Below, in pieces: positions 45,732 through 60,648 of a DNA stretch of 64,000 bases (position 1 is its first letter; every line of letters starts with the position of its first letter). Position numbers and translations under genes: made by a program. Source of the DNA: Chrysomallon squamiferum (taxonomy: Eukaryota; Animalia; Mollusca); assembly GCA_012295275.1 (NCBI GenBank), contig CM022675.1, forward strand, positions 2,666,001 to 2,730,000. The letters are read 5' to 3'. The notes beneath the pieces are model-generated. The model did no database searches and was not told the DNA's origin. It saw only the letters and a list, made by a program, of their open reading frames with translations.

Positions 45732-48700
45732 TCAGAGGATAACACAACATTTACAATATCTCTGCCTCCCACCACCCACTGAGGGTGGGGGAGTCACAGG
45801 TGCGAAGTAGGCGTGTACTTTAATATCAGGAAGTCGAGTCTGCAAGTAAAGTTTAAATATATATATATACATATATAGATCATCACATCATAGTACCTCT
45901 GTTATAGTATATTAAATTATATTACATCTATATGTCATTTTTATGTTATATCACATTTATGTTATTTTATTTTCATGTATTATGAGACTGGTGTAGTGAT
46001 ATACAGTATTATGGTGTAGTGACATACAGTATTATGGTGTAGTGACATACAGTATTATGGTGTAGTGACATACAGTGTTATGTGTAGTGACATACAGTAT
46101 TATGTGTAGTGACATACAGTATTATGTGTAGTGACATACAGTATTATGTGTAGTGACATACAGTATTATGTGTAGTGACATACAGTATTATGGTGTAGGA
46201 CATACAGTATTATGGTGTAGTGACATACAGTATTATGTGTAGTGACATACAGTATTATGTGTAGTGACATACAGTATTATGGTGTAGGACATACAGTATT
46301 ATGGTGTAGTGACATACAGTATTATGGTGTAGGACATACAGTATTATGGTGTAGTGACATGGTGTTATGAGGCTGGTGTAGTGATATACAGTATTATGGT
46401 GTAGTGACATACAGTATTATGGTGTAGTGACATACAGTATTATGGTGTAGGACATACAGTATTATGGTGTAGTGACATGGTGTTATGAGGCTGGTGTAGT
46501 GATATACAGTATTATGGTGTAGTGACATACAGTATTATGGTGTAGTGACATACAGTATTATGGTGTAGTGACATACAGTATTATGGTGTAGTGACATACA
46601 GTATTATGGTGTAGTGACATACAGTATTATGGTGTAGTGGTGTAGTGACATACAGTATTATATGTGTAGTGACATACAGTATTATGGTGTAGTGACATAC
46701 AGTATTATGTGTAGTGACATACAGTGTTATGGTGTAGTGACATACAGTATTATGGTGTAGGACATACAGTATTATGGTGTAGTGACATGGTGTTATGAGG
46801 CTGGTGTAGTGATATACAGTATTATGGTGTAGTGACATACAGTATTATGGTGTAGTGACATACAGTATTATGGTGTAGTGACATACAGTGTTATGGTGTA
46901 GTGATATACAGTGTTATGGTGTAGTGATATACAGTGTTATGCTGTAGTGACATACAGTGTTATGGTGTAGTGACATACAGTACTATGGTGTAGTGACATA
47001 CAGTGTTATGGTGTAGTGACATACAGTGTTATGCTGTAGTGACATACAGTATTATGGTGTAGTGACATAAAGTACTATGGTGTAGTGATATACAGTATTA
47101 TGGTGTAGTGATATACAGTATTATGGTGTAGTGACATGGTGTTATGAGGCTGGTGTAGTGATATACAGTGATATGGTGTAGTGATATACAGTGATATGGT
47201 GTAGTGACATACAGTATTATGGTGTAGGACATACAGTATTATGGTGTAGTGACATACAGTATTATGGTGTAGTGACATACAGTATTATGGTGTAGGACAT
47301 ACAGTATTATAGTGTAGTGACATACAGTATTATGTGTAGTGACATACAGTGTTATGGTGTAGTGACATACAGTATTATGTGTAGTGACATACAGTGTTAT
47401 GGTGTAGTGACATACAGTATTATGGTGTAGGACATACAGTATTATGTGTAGTGATATACAGTGTTATGGTGTAGTGACATACAGTATTATGGTGTAGTGA
47501 CATACAGTATTATAGTGTAGTGACATACAGTATTATGTGTAGTGACATACAGTGTTATGGTGTAGTGACATACAGTATTATGGTGTAGTGACATACAGTA
47601 TTATAGTGTAGTGACATACAGTATTATGTGTAGTGACATACAGTGTTATGGTGTAGTGACATACAGTATTATGTGTAGTGACATACAGTGTTATGGTGTA
47701 GTGACATACAGTATTATGGTGTAGGACATACAGTATTATAGTGTAGTGACATACAGTACTATGTGTAGTGACATACAGTATTATGGTGTAGTGACATACA
47801 GTATTATGTGTAGTGACATACAGTGTTATGGTGTAGTGACATACAGTATTATGGTGTAGGACATACAGTATTATGGTGTAATGATATACAGTATTATGGT
47901 GTAGTGACATACAGTCTGAGACTGGTGTAGTGACATGGTGTGACACAGTGAGGTTATGTTTAAAGTCTGAGCCACTCACTATGTGTAGTGACATACAGTA
48001 TTATGGATGCCACAGAGTTATGAGCTGACATACAGTGTTACAGCTCAATCCTCTCCAGACTCTGACAGGACATACAGCAGGTGTTCTAGAGATGCGTCAG
48101 TGATCAGAGGACAGTTATCCAGTTCCAACACTTCGAGGTGTTCTATAGCACATGGACTTTCTCCTAGCTGTCGAATTCCTTCATCAGTTATCAGCTCACA
48201 GTGAGAGAGACTCTGTGTAATCATAGTAACAATCATAGTAGTAAGTTGTTGTTGCAGTAGAAATAATACTAGTAGTAGTATTAATAACAGTAATAATAAT
48301 AATGATGGTGGTAGTAATAGTTGTTATAGTAATAATAATAGCAGTAACACTAATAATAACATTAATAGTAGTAGTAGTCATAGTAGTAGTAGTAGTAGTA
48401 GTAGTCATTGTAGAAATAATAGTAGAAGTAGTAGTAGAAATAATATAACATAAATAACAATCACATTGATGATGATGATGATGATGATAATAATAATGAT
48501 GATGATGATGATAAAGGTAGTAGTAATAGTAGATATAAATCTAGTAGTGGTAGCTGCTGTCATAATAATAAAAATAGTGGTAGTAATAGTTGTTATAGTA
48601 AGTTAATACCAACAGCAGTACACTAGTAATAAAATTAACAGTAGTAGTAGACATAGTAATAGTAGTAGTAGTAGTACAAATAATATAAGAAACAAATCAG

Positions 48701-51700
48701 AAGTAGTATGAAATAATAATAAATAAATAATAATAATAATAATAATAATAATGAAGATGATGATGATGATGATGATAAAGGTAGTAGTAGTAATAGTAGA
48801 AATAAATCTAGTAGTGGTAGCTGCTGTCATAATAATAAAAATAGTAGTAGTAGTAGTAATGCTAGTAGTAGTTGAATTACCAACAGCAGTAGTACTAGTA
48901 GACTAAGTAATAGTACTAGTAGTCAAAGTAACAGTAGTAGTAGACTAAGTAATAGTAGAAGTAGACTAAGTAATAGTAGTAGTAGTAATACTTAGACTAA
49001 GGAAACAGTAAAAGATCTGTCTCTGTCAATCAATCTCTGTGTCTGTCAGTGTGTCTGTCTGTCTGTCTGTCAGGCTGTCTGTTTGTCTGCTTGTCAGTGT
49101 GTCTGTCTGTCTGTGTGTCTGTCAGTGTGTCTGTCTGTCTGTCTGTCTGTGTGTCTGTCTGTCTGTCAGTGTGTCTGTCTGTCTGTGTCTGTGTGTCTGT
49201 CAGTGTTGTTGTCTGTCTGTCTGTCAGTGTTTCTGTCAGTCTGTCTGTGTCTGTCAGTTTGTCTATCTGTCTGTCAGTGTGTCTGTCTGTCTGTCTCTGT
49301 GTCTAACTGTAAATTACTTACCAAGGCTGCAAGTTTATTACAGTACAAAGCAAGATGAGCAAGAGTTGTGTCTGTTATCTAAAAATAGAAACTGAGAATG
49401 TTTCATCTGTGTTCAAAATATTTAAATATAGAAATGTTGTTGTTCAAAATATCTAAAAAATAGAAACTATGAATACTTTATCTGTGTTCAAAATATTTAA
49501 ATATGCAAATGTTTATGTTTTGAAAATCTTAAAATGGAATTTGAGTATTTCATGTTCAAATTATCTAAACACAGACTCTGTCAATAAAATATCTTGAAAA
49601 TATCTCAAATTAGTCAAGTGTATCCCAGCCAAAAAATCTAAAAATAACATCTGTCATCAGAATACTTAAAAACAGAAACTTTAAACATTTTAATTATTTT
49701 CGTGTTCACCAACAGAACACATTGAGCTAGTACAGTGTTAAAAGAACTGAGTTAACTCACCTGAATACACACCAACAGAACACATTGAGCTAGTACAGTG
49801 TTAAAAGAACTGAGTTAACTCACCTGAATACACACTAACAGAACACATTTAGCTAGTACAGTGTTAAAAGAACTGAGTTAACTCACCTGAATACACACTA
49901 ACAGAACACATTGAGCTAGTACAGTGTTAAAAGAACTGAGTTAACTCACCTGAATACACACTAACAGAACACATTTAGCTAGTACAGTGTTAACTCACCT
50001 GAATACACACCAACAGAACACATTGAGCTAGTACAGTGTTAACTCACCTGAATACACACTAACAGAACACATTGAGCTAGTACAGTGTTAACTCACCTGA
50101 ATACATTCTTCTAGATCCATCTTTTCCAACTGATGACAGTTCTGCAATATGTAAATATATAAAAAGATAAACACAAACTAAGTTATACTTAAATACAAAC
50201 TAAGTTATACTTAAACACAAACTAAGTTATACTTAAACACAAACTAAGTTATACTTAAATACAAACTAAGTTATACTTAAACACAAACTAAGTTATACTT
50301 AAACACAAACTAAGTTATACTTAAATACAAAGTGAAAGTTAAATAAATACAAACTAAAGGATAGGTAAACTAAGTGAAAGTCAAATACTAACTACTAAGT
50401 CATGTACAAACTAAGTGATAGTTAAATTCCAAGTCATAGTTAAATACGAACTATGTGTAGTTAAATACTAAGTGATAGTAAAATTCAAACTGATAGCTAA
50501 ATACAAACTAAGTGATAGTTTAATACAAAATAATTATAAACACACACAAAGTGAAATTTAAATACAAAAAAATAAATGGTAGTTAATTACTAAGTAATAA
50601 TAAAATATTAACAAACTGATAGTCTAATACAGACTAAATGATAGTTGAAAACCAAATAATAGCTACATACTAACTAAGTGATAGTTAAATACTAAGCAAT
50701 AGTTAAACTAAGTGATAGTTAAACACTAACTAAGTGATAGTAAAATACAGACCCTGGCTAAAGCCTGAAATCCACTGTCAGTGAGATGTGTACAGCTTGC
50801 AACTTCCAAAGTTCTGAAAATTTTAAAATAACTTGAAAAATTCTCTTGTGTTTTAAAACAACTTGAAAAATCTCTTGTGTTTTAAAATAACTTGAAAAAC
50901 TCTTGTGTTTTAAAACAACTTGAAAAATCTCTTGTGTTTTAAAACAACTTGAAAAATATCACTTCAATATTTGTTGGGTTTTTTTGGTTTTATTTCATTT
51001 TTACTCCAGATATTTAAATCTTAGTTTTTTTCTTTTTTTCTTCATTAAATAAATAAATAAATAAAACTATCGAATTTTAAGTTACATTTTAAGTTTCATT
51101 CATGCAGATATATTATGAAAAAAAAAAGAAGAACTGATAAATTTACAAAACGTGTTTTTAAAAATGACGTAGAAGTGTAAACAGAAAAATGTAAGATGAA
51201 AAGAGAACTTACTCAAGTTCATGGCAACCGTTGCCGAGCGATGTGAGAGCAGAGTCAGTGAGGCGTGGACAGTTGGACACACACAGAAACAGAAGCCCGT
51301 GACACTTGTTACTAATGATGTGAATAGCTTCGTCTGTGATCAGCTGTATTCAGTAAAAACAACTTGTTAGAAAACACACTGTCTTGTGTAACATGAATGT
51401 ATTATACGTAACATATGTATTAAATGTAACATGAATGTATTATACGTAACATATATATATATTAATGTAACATGAATGTATTATACATAACATATATGTA
51501 TTAAATGTAACACAAATGTATTATACGTAACATATATGTATTAAATGTAACATGAAAGAATTAAACGTAAAATATATATGTATTAAATGTAACATGAATG
51601 TATTTTGAGTACAGGAATATATTAAGTGAAACATGAATGTATTAAGTGTGATATTAATGTATTAAGTGTAACATAAATGTATTAAGTATAACATAAATGT

Positions 51701-54700
51701 ATTAAGTGTAACATGAATGTATTAACTGTGATATCAATGTATTGTTAATGTATTACGTGTAACATGAATGTATTGTTAATGTATTAACTGTGATATCAAT
51801 GTATTGTTAATGTATTACGTGTAACATGAATGTATTGTTAATGTATTAACTGTGATATCAATGTATTGTTAATGTATTACGTGTAACATGAATGTATTGT
51901 TAATGTATTACGTGTAACATGAATGTATTGTTAATGTATTACATGTAACTTGGATGTATGAAAACAGACCTGACAACCCTGCAAGTTGAGTCTGCGTAGA
52001 TGAGGACAGTGTTCTGCTAGGTGACGAATTCCATCATCACTGATCTGAAATACAAAAATATCTTACAGAAAACACAATCACTGATCTGAAATACAAAAAT
52101 CTCTTACAGAAAACACAATCACTGATCTGAAATACAAAAATCTCTTACAGAAAACACAATCACTGATCTGAAATACAAAAATCTCTTACAGAAAACACAA
52201 TCACTGATCTGAAATACAAAAATCTCTTACAGAAAACACAATCACTGAAATGAAATACAAAAATCTCTTACAGAAAACACAATCACTGATCTGAAATACA
52301 AAAATCTCTTACAGAAAACACAATCACTGATCTGAAATAAAAAATCTCTTACAGAAAACACACACAACAAAATATTTTACTTTCATGTCTGAAATTTCAA
52401 AACCAATAACTAAACAAACACAAACATTTTTAGAAAAAAATATAAAATAAAGAAAATTAAATTTAAAAACTTATTTTCGTAATTTGTAAAATCTAAATTA
52501 TAATTTGTTAATAAAAAGGAACAGTTATAAATTTTGAACGAAATATACCATTTAAAGAGTTATTTGCATACAACATTTTACAAAATGAAACCTATAATTA
52601 TTTTAACAATCGTTTGTAAAATGTATAAACTAAAAAAATAAACAATGATGTAATAATTACTGTAAATAGTATTTCAAAGCGACTACTGAATAAATGATAA
52701 ATACCAAAGAACAACCACGTCCAATAAAAATAATCAGTTTGTTGCAGCCTTTAGCGAGAGCCTCAATCCCATCATTAGTGATTGAAGTGCACCAGGATAT
52801 ATCTAAGTACTCCAGCTGTCGACACCCATCACTGAAACATTGTTACATACTTACTAAAATACACAAAATTACAGCAAGTATTAAATGTTTTATTAATACA
52901 CAAAATTGTTTATTACTAATATTATATTTCAAAATACACAAAATTATTAAATATTATATTTTAAAATACCATAAAATTGTTAAATATTTATTAAAAGACA
53001 CGAAATTATTTAAATATTATGTTTTTAAAATATACAAAATTATTAAGTATTTATTAAAATACACAAAATGATTACAAATGTTTTAAAATACACAAAATTA
53101 TTACATATTCTGTTTATTAAAATATACAAAATTTTCCAAAAAAATTCCCCCCCCCCACTAAGATACATAAAATCTTAATATCAAAACTTTTAGCAACATA
53201 TTCAGTTTCAGAGTAACAGGTGTACACTATAATAGAAGTAAGTTTTCACTCATACACACATTACTAGTTTTATAATGCAGTTATTTAACAAATAAATATT
53301 TCTTCAAATAAAATTCTACCATATACTTCTTACTCATAATCTGTCAATTTTAAAATGTCATTATTTTAAAATTCTAATTTATATATAAATACAAACACAG
53401 TCAGTGCTGTCATTCATCTTCAATTTTTAGAGATCATACTGAAATAAATACGTCAGTAAGAGTCATATGAGTCACTGCATGTTACTTCAATGTCATACTG
53501 TCTTACTATAGCATGTTAGCATTGTTATATTAAAATTATAGTGTGTTGTGTTAATCATTCTGATGTTAGTGTTCAGTCAGATTGATGTGATGTGTAACAC
53601 TAGTGCCACACTGATTTATTATGTGTAATATAAATGTTTTAAGTTTATCACTGAGTTGAAGGTTTCTGTTAAGATTTGTATTGTTAGTTGTCATGTGGAA
53701 AAGCACTATTACTGTTTATTTCTCATACAGAACAAGGTATGTGATGAGGATGATAATATACTCTCTTATCATCACAAGCTATTTTTATCAAGTATAATAT
53801 TTTAACTAAAATGTTAATGAATGCTAGGATGTAGCAAGAATTACCTGAGAGCTTTTAGAGAATTGTTTGTGATGTCTGGACATGAACTGAGAATTAACTT
53901 CAACAGTTTCTCACTGTTTCTTCCTAAACTAATACATGTTCTGTAAAACAAAAATATTTAAGTTTCACTCAAGTCAAACAGTGACTAAACAACAATATTT
54001 AACAATTTCACTCACGTCATACAGTGACTAAACAAATATTTAACAGTTTCACTCAAGTCAAACAGTGACTAAACAAATATTTAACAGTTTCACTCAAGTC
54101 ATACAGTGACTAAACTAAAATATTTAAGTTTCACTCAAGTCAAACAGTGACTAAACAAATATTTAACAGTTTCACTCAAGTCATACAGTGACTAAACTAA
54201 AATATTTAAGTTTCACTCAAGTCATACAGTGACTAAACTAAAATATTTAACAATTTCACTCACATCATACAGTGAGTAAAATAAAAATATTTAACAATTT
54301 CACTCACAACATACAGTGACTACACTAAATATTTAACAGTTTCACCCACATCATAGTGAGTAAACTAAAAATATTTAACAGATTTGTTCAGACAAAACTA
54401 AACACTCATACAGCCTAAAGGAAAGAAAAACAAAACATAATATGGAAAAGCTTCTCACAAATCAGTAATTTTTTTACAGTTGTTCAGATTCAACACTTCT
54501 ATATTTCTGCACTGTTCTGCAAATGTTCTGAAAATAAAAGTAACGATTGTAAAAATAAATACATTACATTCAGAAAAGCTCTGATCAAGATGTATATCAA
54601 GACTTGGTAAAGAGATTTTTTTAGTTACAGGAAAAAATACAAAACGTTGATTTCTTTTATTTAATGAAAAATAGAATACTTCAAATAATTTTATCTTTTC

Positions 54701-56286
54701 GACAAAACAAAACTTGAAATAACTGACTAGTTATCACAGCACTTTTGTAAACATGAACTTACGAATAACACCTTGCAATGAAGTGGTTGTATGAACACAT
54801 ACAAACAGATACACAGACATACAAGTTTAATACATACTGAAGTACTGTGTGCACATTTTAACTTCCTCTTAAACTAAGACATATAAAAAAGTATTTGTTT
54901 TGTACAGACAGACAAACAGACAAAGGTAATACATACTTGAGAGCTGTATCTGTAATACTCTGACATCCCCGTAAACTAAGAGATTTTAGAAATCCTCCAC
55001 ATCTTTTTGAAATATTTTCTACAACTGGACCCTGGGGAAAAAAAAAATAATAACAATAAACAGTTGTCTTCAGAAATTGTGCATGAAAATGTTACAAGAT
55101 AAAGTTGACCATGAACAGAGGATTCAGATTATAAAACAGTTTCATACTGATCTGCTAATAAAATCAGTCACTTTGTTCACACAGTGTAAATACACAGCTT
55201 TATTATGTATGTTCTAAATTATTGTTATTTTTCTTTTTAATTCTAATATTTTCTCACGTTGGTCTCTGCAACTATATAGAATCAACAAGTGAATCTTACT
55301 GCAAAGTTTTTCATGCTTTTTACACATTATCTGCATATTAATTAAATATTTATTTATTTATTTATTTGGTATTCAGCTAGCAGAAAAATAAAATAAAAAT
55401 GGTTTTACACGTTTAAAATCCAAAACTTATGAATGCTGTAACTCATACTAAGAACATGAATCAGATAATTATATTTATTTCATGGAAATTGGTTGAGCAT
55501 TTTTAAAACAAAAGTAAAGATGTGAAAGCAGCATCTCCATGGTTACAAATACTTGAAACAGTAGTAAATATATATATATATATATAAAACACAGATTTCA
55601 AAATTATAAATCAGTGTGATCAAAGTTTATAGCAGACACTAATACTGCTAATTAATGTTGCTATAGTTACAGCAGGATTTCGACATACTAGCTTACAACA
55701 TGTTTTACCAAACAGTGAATCATTTGATTTAAAATTCTTAAATTAGTCATGAATGGGAAAACAGCTTTTGATGGTTTCATACCATAACACTTCAAAATCA
55801 TATTCATCCATAATCAGTACACAACAAATAAAATACTAGCTTATAACAATACATACATACCATAGCTATATCATACCAGATCATATTGTAACAGTATCAT
55901 ACCAGTTCAAATATAATCATATCATATGCACAATTTTATTGTTATAGATTTCAAATATGGCTATTGTTGTTAAAGAACTGTTACTACAATGTGATATATT
56001 ATTGTTACCATATTTTTTAGAAAGTTAGTACAGTTGAAATATTAGACTGGTATGACGGTGGTTATCAAATTTTTACAAGCTGGTAACAAAATGACTAAAA
56101 AACATGGAGACAGAGTGTATCTAGAAACATGTTCAGCATCTCACGTGTATTCTAACCATTAGACTAGTTAAGTGTTTACCTCTACGTCTGTCTGAAAGTC
56201 AAACAAGTCAACACGTTGCCAGTTGCTGCCATCTAAAGCTAACACATTCCAGTACTGAAAATATAAAAAAACAGTACTGTATGTGT

Positions 56287-56368
<82 letters not shown>

Positions 56369-56988
56369 TGGATAAGTGTCCGCATGTAAAGTAATAGTTC
56401 CAGTGTTTATGTTAGAAACAAATGTTTCTGAGAGATTGTGAAGAGGCAGAATGCAAGTTTACATGTGTTTGTATGTGAGAAACTGCATAAATAAATAAAC
56501 ATATGTATCTGTATATTTGAGATTCAAACCTAAAATATACATTAGTATTCTCTTTTTTTTTTTTTTTTTTAAACGTACATTTACCAATAAAGAATATCAA
56601 AGTTATAAATATACTATTGCAAACAAAAATAAAATTTAAAATTTTCACCGATACATCAAAATTAAAACTGATGATGTACTATGTAAATTTATAAAAAATA
56701 TATTTTAAAAAGAAAGGTGTATTATGGTGGATGATGGACGATGGTCATTTTTCTGGGATGTGAAAGTTTTTGTTGTTTTACCTTGGAAACCTGGGCACAG
56801 CGACAGAGTGACACAACATCCAGAAATGAAAATATTCTGAAAAAACAAATAAATATTTGTAATGAAAACATAGTTTTGATATTAATTTTCCCCCACCATT
56901 TATTTATTTATTACAGGTTTTTTTATGTTTATGGGATTAGATTTTTTTTTTTCTTTTTTCTTTTTTCTTTTTTAATTGTAAATTTTTA

Positions 56989-57020
<32 letters not shown>

Positions 57021-58987
57021 TTCAGGTGTTTTTTTTGTTTATTGTGTTATGTGTGTATATTATTTTTCCTCTCAGTTTCTTCCATGTATTATGTTTTTAA
57101 AAGATTATTAATTTTTATTTATTATCTATAAATCGAAGCCTTGTGAAGAATGAATTTGCTGATTATATTTTTTTGTTGAAATTTGCTTTCTTTAAACCAG
57201 TGGTGGCAAAGCACTGATGCTAGGCATGTCGATACTTTTATATCTTAGTCATTTTTACATCGTCGTGTGTCAGTTCTAAATTTATATTGTCAAGTGGTAT
57301 TTTTAATATTTAGTGTATGAATAGGAATAAATGTACAGCGAGTTCTGCTTTCACCTACAACTTTTAATTTTCTTTTATTAACTTTTAAATTATATGACCA
57401 AAAATATTCGAGAATATATTAAATCAATGTCCAAGGTACTCAGTGTCTCACATCTCACTTAAAATAACCTTACATCTCACTTAAAATAACCTTGCATGTC
57501 ACTTAAAATAACCTTGCATGTCACTTAAAATAACCTTGCATGTCACTTAAAATACCCTTGCATGTCACTTAAAATAACCTTGCATGTCACTTAAAATACC
57601 CTTGCATGTCACTTAAAATACCCTTGCATGTCACTTAAAATAACCTTGCATGTCACTTAAAATACCCTTGCATGTCACTTAAAATACCCTTGCATGTCAC
57701 TTAAAATACCCTTGCATGTCACTTAAAATAACCTTGCATGTCACTTAAAATACCCTTGCATGTCACTTAAAATACCCTTGCATGTCACTTAAAATACCCC
57801 ATGTCACACCTTGCATGTCACTTAAAATACCCTTGCATGTCACTTAAAATACCCTTGCATGTCACTTAAAATACCCTTGCATGTCACTTAAAATACCCTC
57901 ACATGTCACTTAAAATAACCTTGCATGTCACTTAAAATAACCTCTCGTGTCACTTAAAATACCCTCGCCTGTCACTTAAAATAACCTCGCATGTCACTTA
58001 AAATAACCTCGGTAATCATTTAAAATACCCTCACATGTCACTTAAAATACCCTTGCCTGTCACTTAAAATAACCTCGCATGTCACTTAAAATACTGTGAC
58101 GTGTCACTTAAAATAACCTCTTGTGTCATGTAAAATAACCTTGCCTGTCACTTAAAATAACCTCGCATGTCACTTAAAATAACCTCGCCTGTCACTTAAA
58201 ATAACCTCGCATGTCACTTAAAATAACCTCGCGTGTCACTTAAAATACCCTTGCATGTCACTTAAAATACCCTCGCATGTCACTTAAAATAACCTCGCAT
58301 GTCACTTAAAATAACCTGGCATGTCACTTAAAATAACCTCGTGTATCACTTAAAATACTGTGACGTGTCACTGCTGACATGCGTCTCAAAGTTTTGCCAC
58401 CACTGCTTTAGACAGTAATGTAACTAAATTAAAAATATAGAATAACAGGAAAAAACATTATTCCGTTTTCTGAAGTTGTATGTGAAAATATTTTTAACAT
58501 TTAAATTCTGTCACTGATTTATCTCTGAAATGTTTGTTCACAGTGACTAAGACATAAAAAGATATTTATTTCAATACATAGACAATGTGTTTGTTGACAA
58601 AAATAAAATAATAATAATATATTATTAACAGTTTCTTTAGAAATAGGATAAATAAATAAATAAATAAAAATGCAGTGATATAAATAAATAAAAAATTAAA
58701 ATTTTGAAAATAAAAATGTAAAGTATATAAATATTTTCTAGTTTATTTCTTAAAATATATGAAAAATTTGGTCAGAGTTTGAAAAAATTTAGTAAGTATT
58801 CGAACTGTTAATTTAAACATTAATTAATATTAAAATCTTTAGTGTGACAAAACACAAAACAAAAAAAAAATTAATATGCAATATGCTGAAAAACAGTAAA
58901 ACCATGTACATAAATTTAAATGCTTAAAAAAACAAAAAAAACTAAAATACAATAGTAATAATAATGATAATAATAATAATAATAATA

Positions 58988-59034
<47 letters not shown>

Positions 59035-60612
59035 AATGAAAAATAGATAATTTATAATTAAATGTTTTACCTTAAAAGAAGTTCTTTAGGTAATTTCTGG
59101 TTGATAGTTGCCTCACCATCGGAGAAATACTGAAACAACAAAATAATTAACTATTTAATTAGTAACTGTGTTTAAAAAAAAAAAAAAAAAAAAAAAAAAT
59201 TGTAATAAATAACTGATTTATAACTACGTAGAAAAATACTAAGGTGTTAACTAATTAGTAACCATGTTAAAACAAAAATGTTAAACTGATGAGAAACTGC
59301 AGGAAATATTAGAATGGTTAACTAATTAGTAACTATGTAGAAAATATTAAATAGTAACTAACCTTCTAGTTTTATTTTATTAAAAAGAAAGGCAGATAAC
59401 AATAACAACAATGATAATAATTAACTACATAAGGAAGGTTAACCCACATTACATGCTAGTAGTACCGATTTTACACCGATGTTACTAGAACAAGACACTT
59501 TTCTAAATCATTCAAAAAACTAAGTCAAACAATTAAATAATTCATAATTCAGTTTTAATATTAATGTAATAGGTTTGGATGCCAAATTGATTTTTTTTTT
59601 TTTTCTTTTTTTTTTCCATAGGGTTCAAAATATATAAGCAGTTTGTGTGGAAACTTTCTGACTATAACAGAGTAGTCTAATATGTAAGGTTTGATGGATT
59701 CTTATATTTTCAACATGATAAAGATTCAAAAATGTTTAGTCAGCAAAAAAATATAGCTGAAGAATCGAGGAACACTAATGCTATTATAACTGATACATAA
59801 AAACTCAAACATTTTTTTATATCACTTGTTTAATTCCAAACATTTTATTTGTGTTATGATAGTAAGTGTAGACACATGCAAATATTAGACAGATAATAAT
59901 CTGTTAGCAGTAAGACAGCCTTTACACGCCACCACCCCAGGGACAGGAAACCCTGTACTTTGGGTACTGCTCTAATAACAGCTTTATGAAGATGTTTGCC
60001 ATTTCCTGTTTTAGTTCTACTCTTGCTTTCCATTATTATTATTTTTTTTTTTTTTTTCTAGAATTTCAACCTATAATGAAGTTATTTGAAAAAATAAAAT
60101 ATTTTTAATTTCTTACAAAATTTAAAGTTTGTTAAATATTTTACACATTAAGTCCAGAATGGTGTGTTTGGAATTAATTGTTTACTTATTCTTTTTGAAA
60201 TTCAAAGAATTCTAACTTCAAATACTTCAGTTTTGTCATTATTTTAAATATAATTTGATTTATTTTTATATATTTTTTAATTTGTCTTATGAAACTGGCT
60301 TGATTACTTCATTCTAATCTAAACTGAAAACTGAATATTTTTCAAATAACAAAACAAGAAATGCAATCACATTGCACACACTGATCTTAGAAAAGACATC
60401 AGAAGTAAGAAACCATGAAATTCAAATATGGTGTAATCCTTTGTCATAATGATGTTTTTATGAGAAAAACAATATACAACCCAGTTAGTGCCCAATGAGT
60501 GGCCTACTTTGTGCCACATAAATATGCTAATTGGACAAAATATATTATAACCACTTCTCCAAACCATCACAAGTTTATTATCATTACTATGTACTATTCT
60601 TTACTTAATTTA

Positions 60613-60648
<36 letters not shown>

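Noticed and set aside
45545-45775. Apparent frameshift or alternative FBXL C-terminus ([13 protein letters not shown])
   Set aside because: Recounting shows the exon is in frame to [11 protein letters not shown]. The ORF-track peptide is a different frame.
48070-48077. CT|GTATGT as the donor of FBXL exon 14, with a missing downstream exon
   Set aside because: The expected coding sequence ([11 protein letters not shown]) continues right after it, and the phase would not match the last exon. The motif is part of the satellite-like corruption.
50747-51969. Weak GTCTGT donors (two in FBXL), and GTTCGT/GTTAAA donors in YME1L1, as possible non-canonical or U12 introns
   Set aside because: All are GT-AG, several with a CAG or AGG exon end, and none shows the U12 consensus RTATCCTT.
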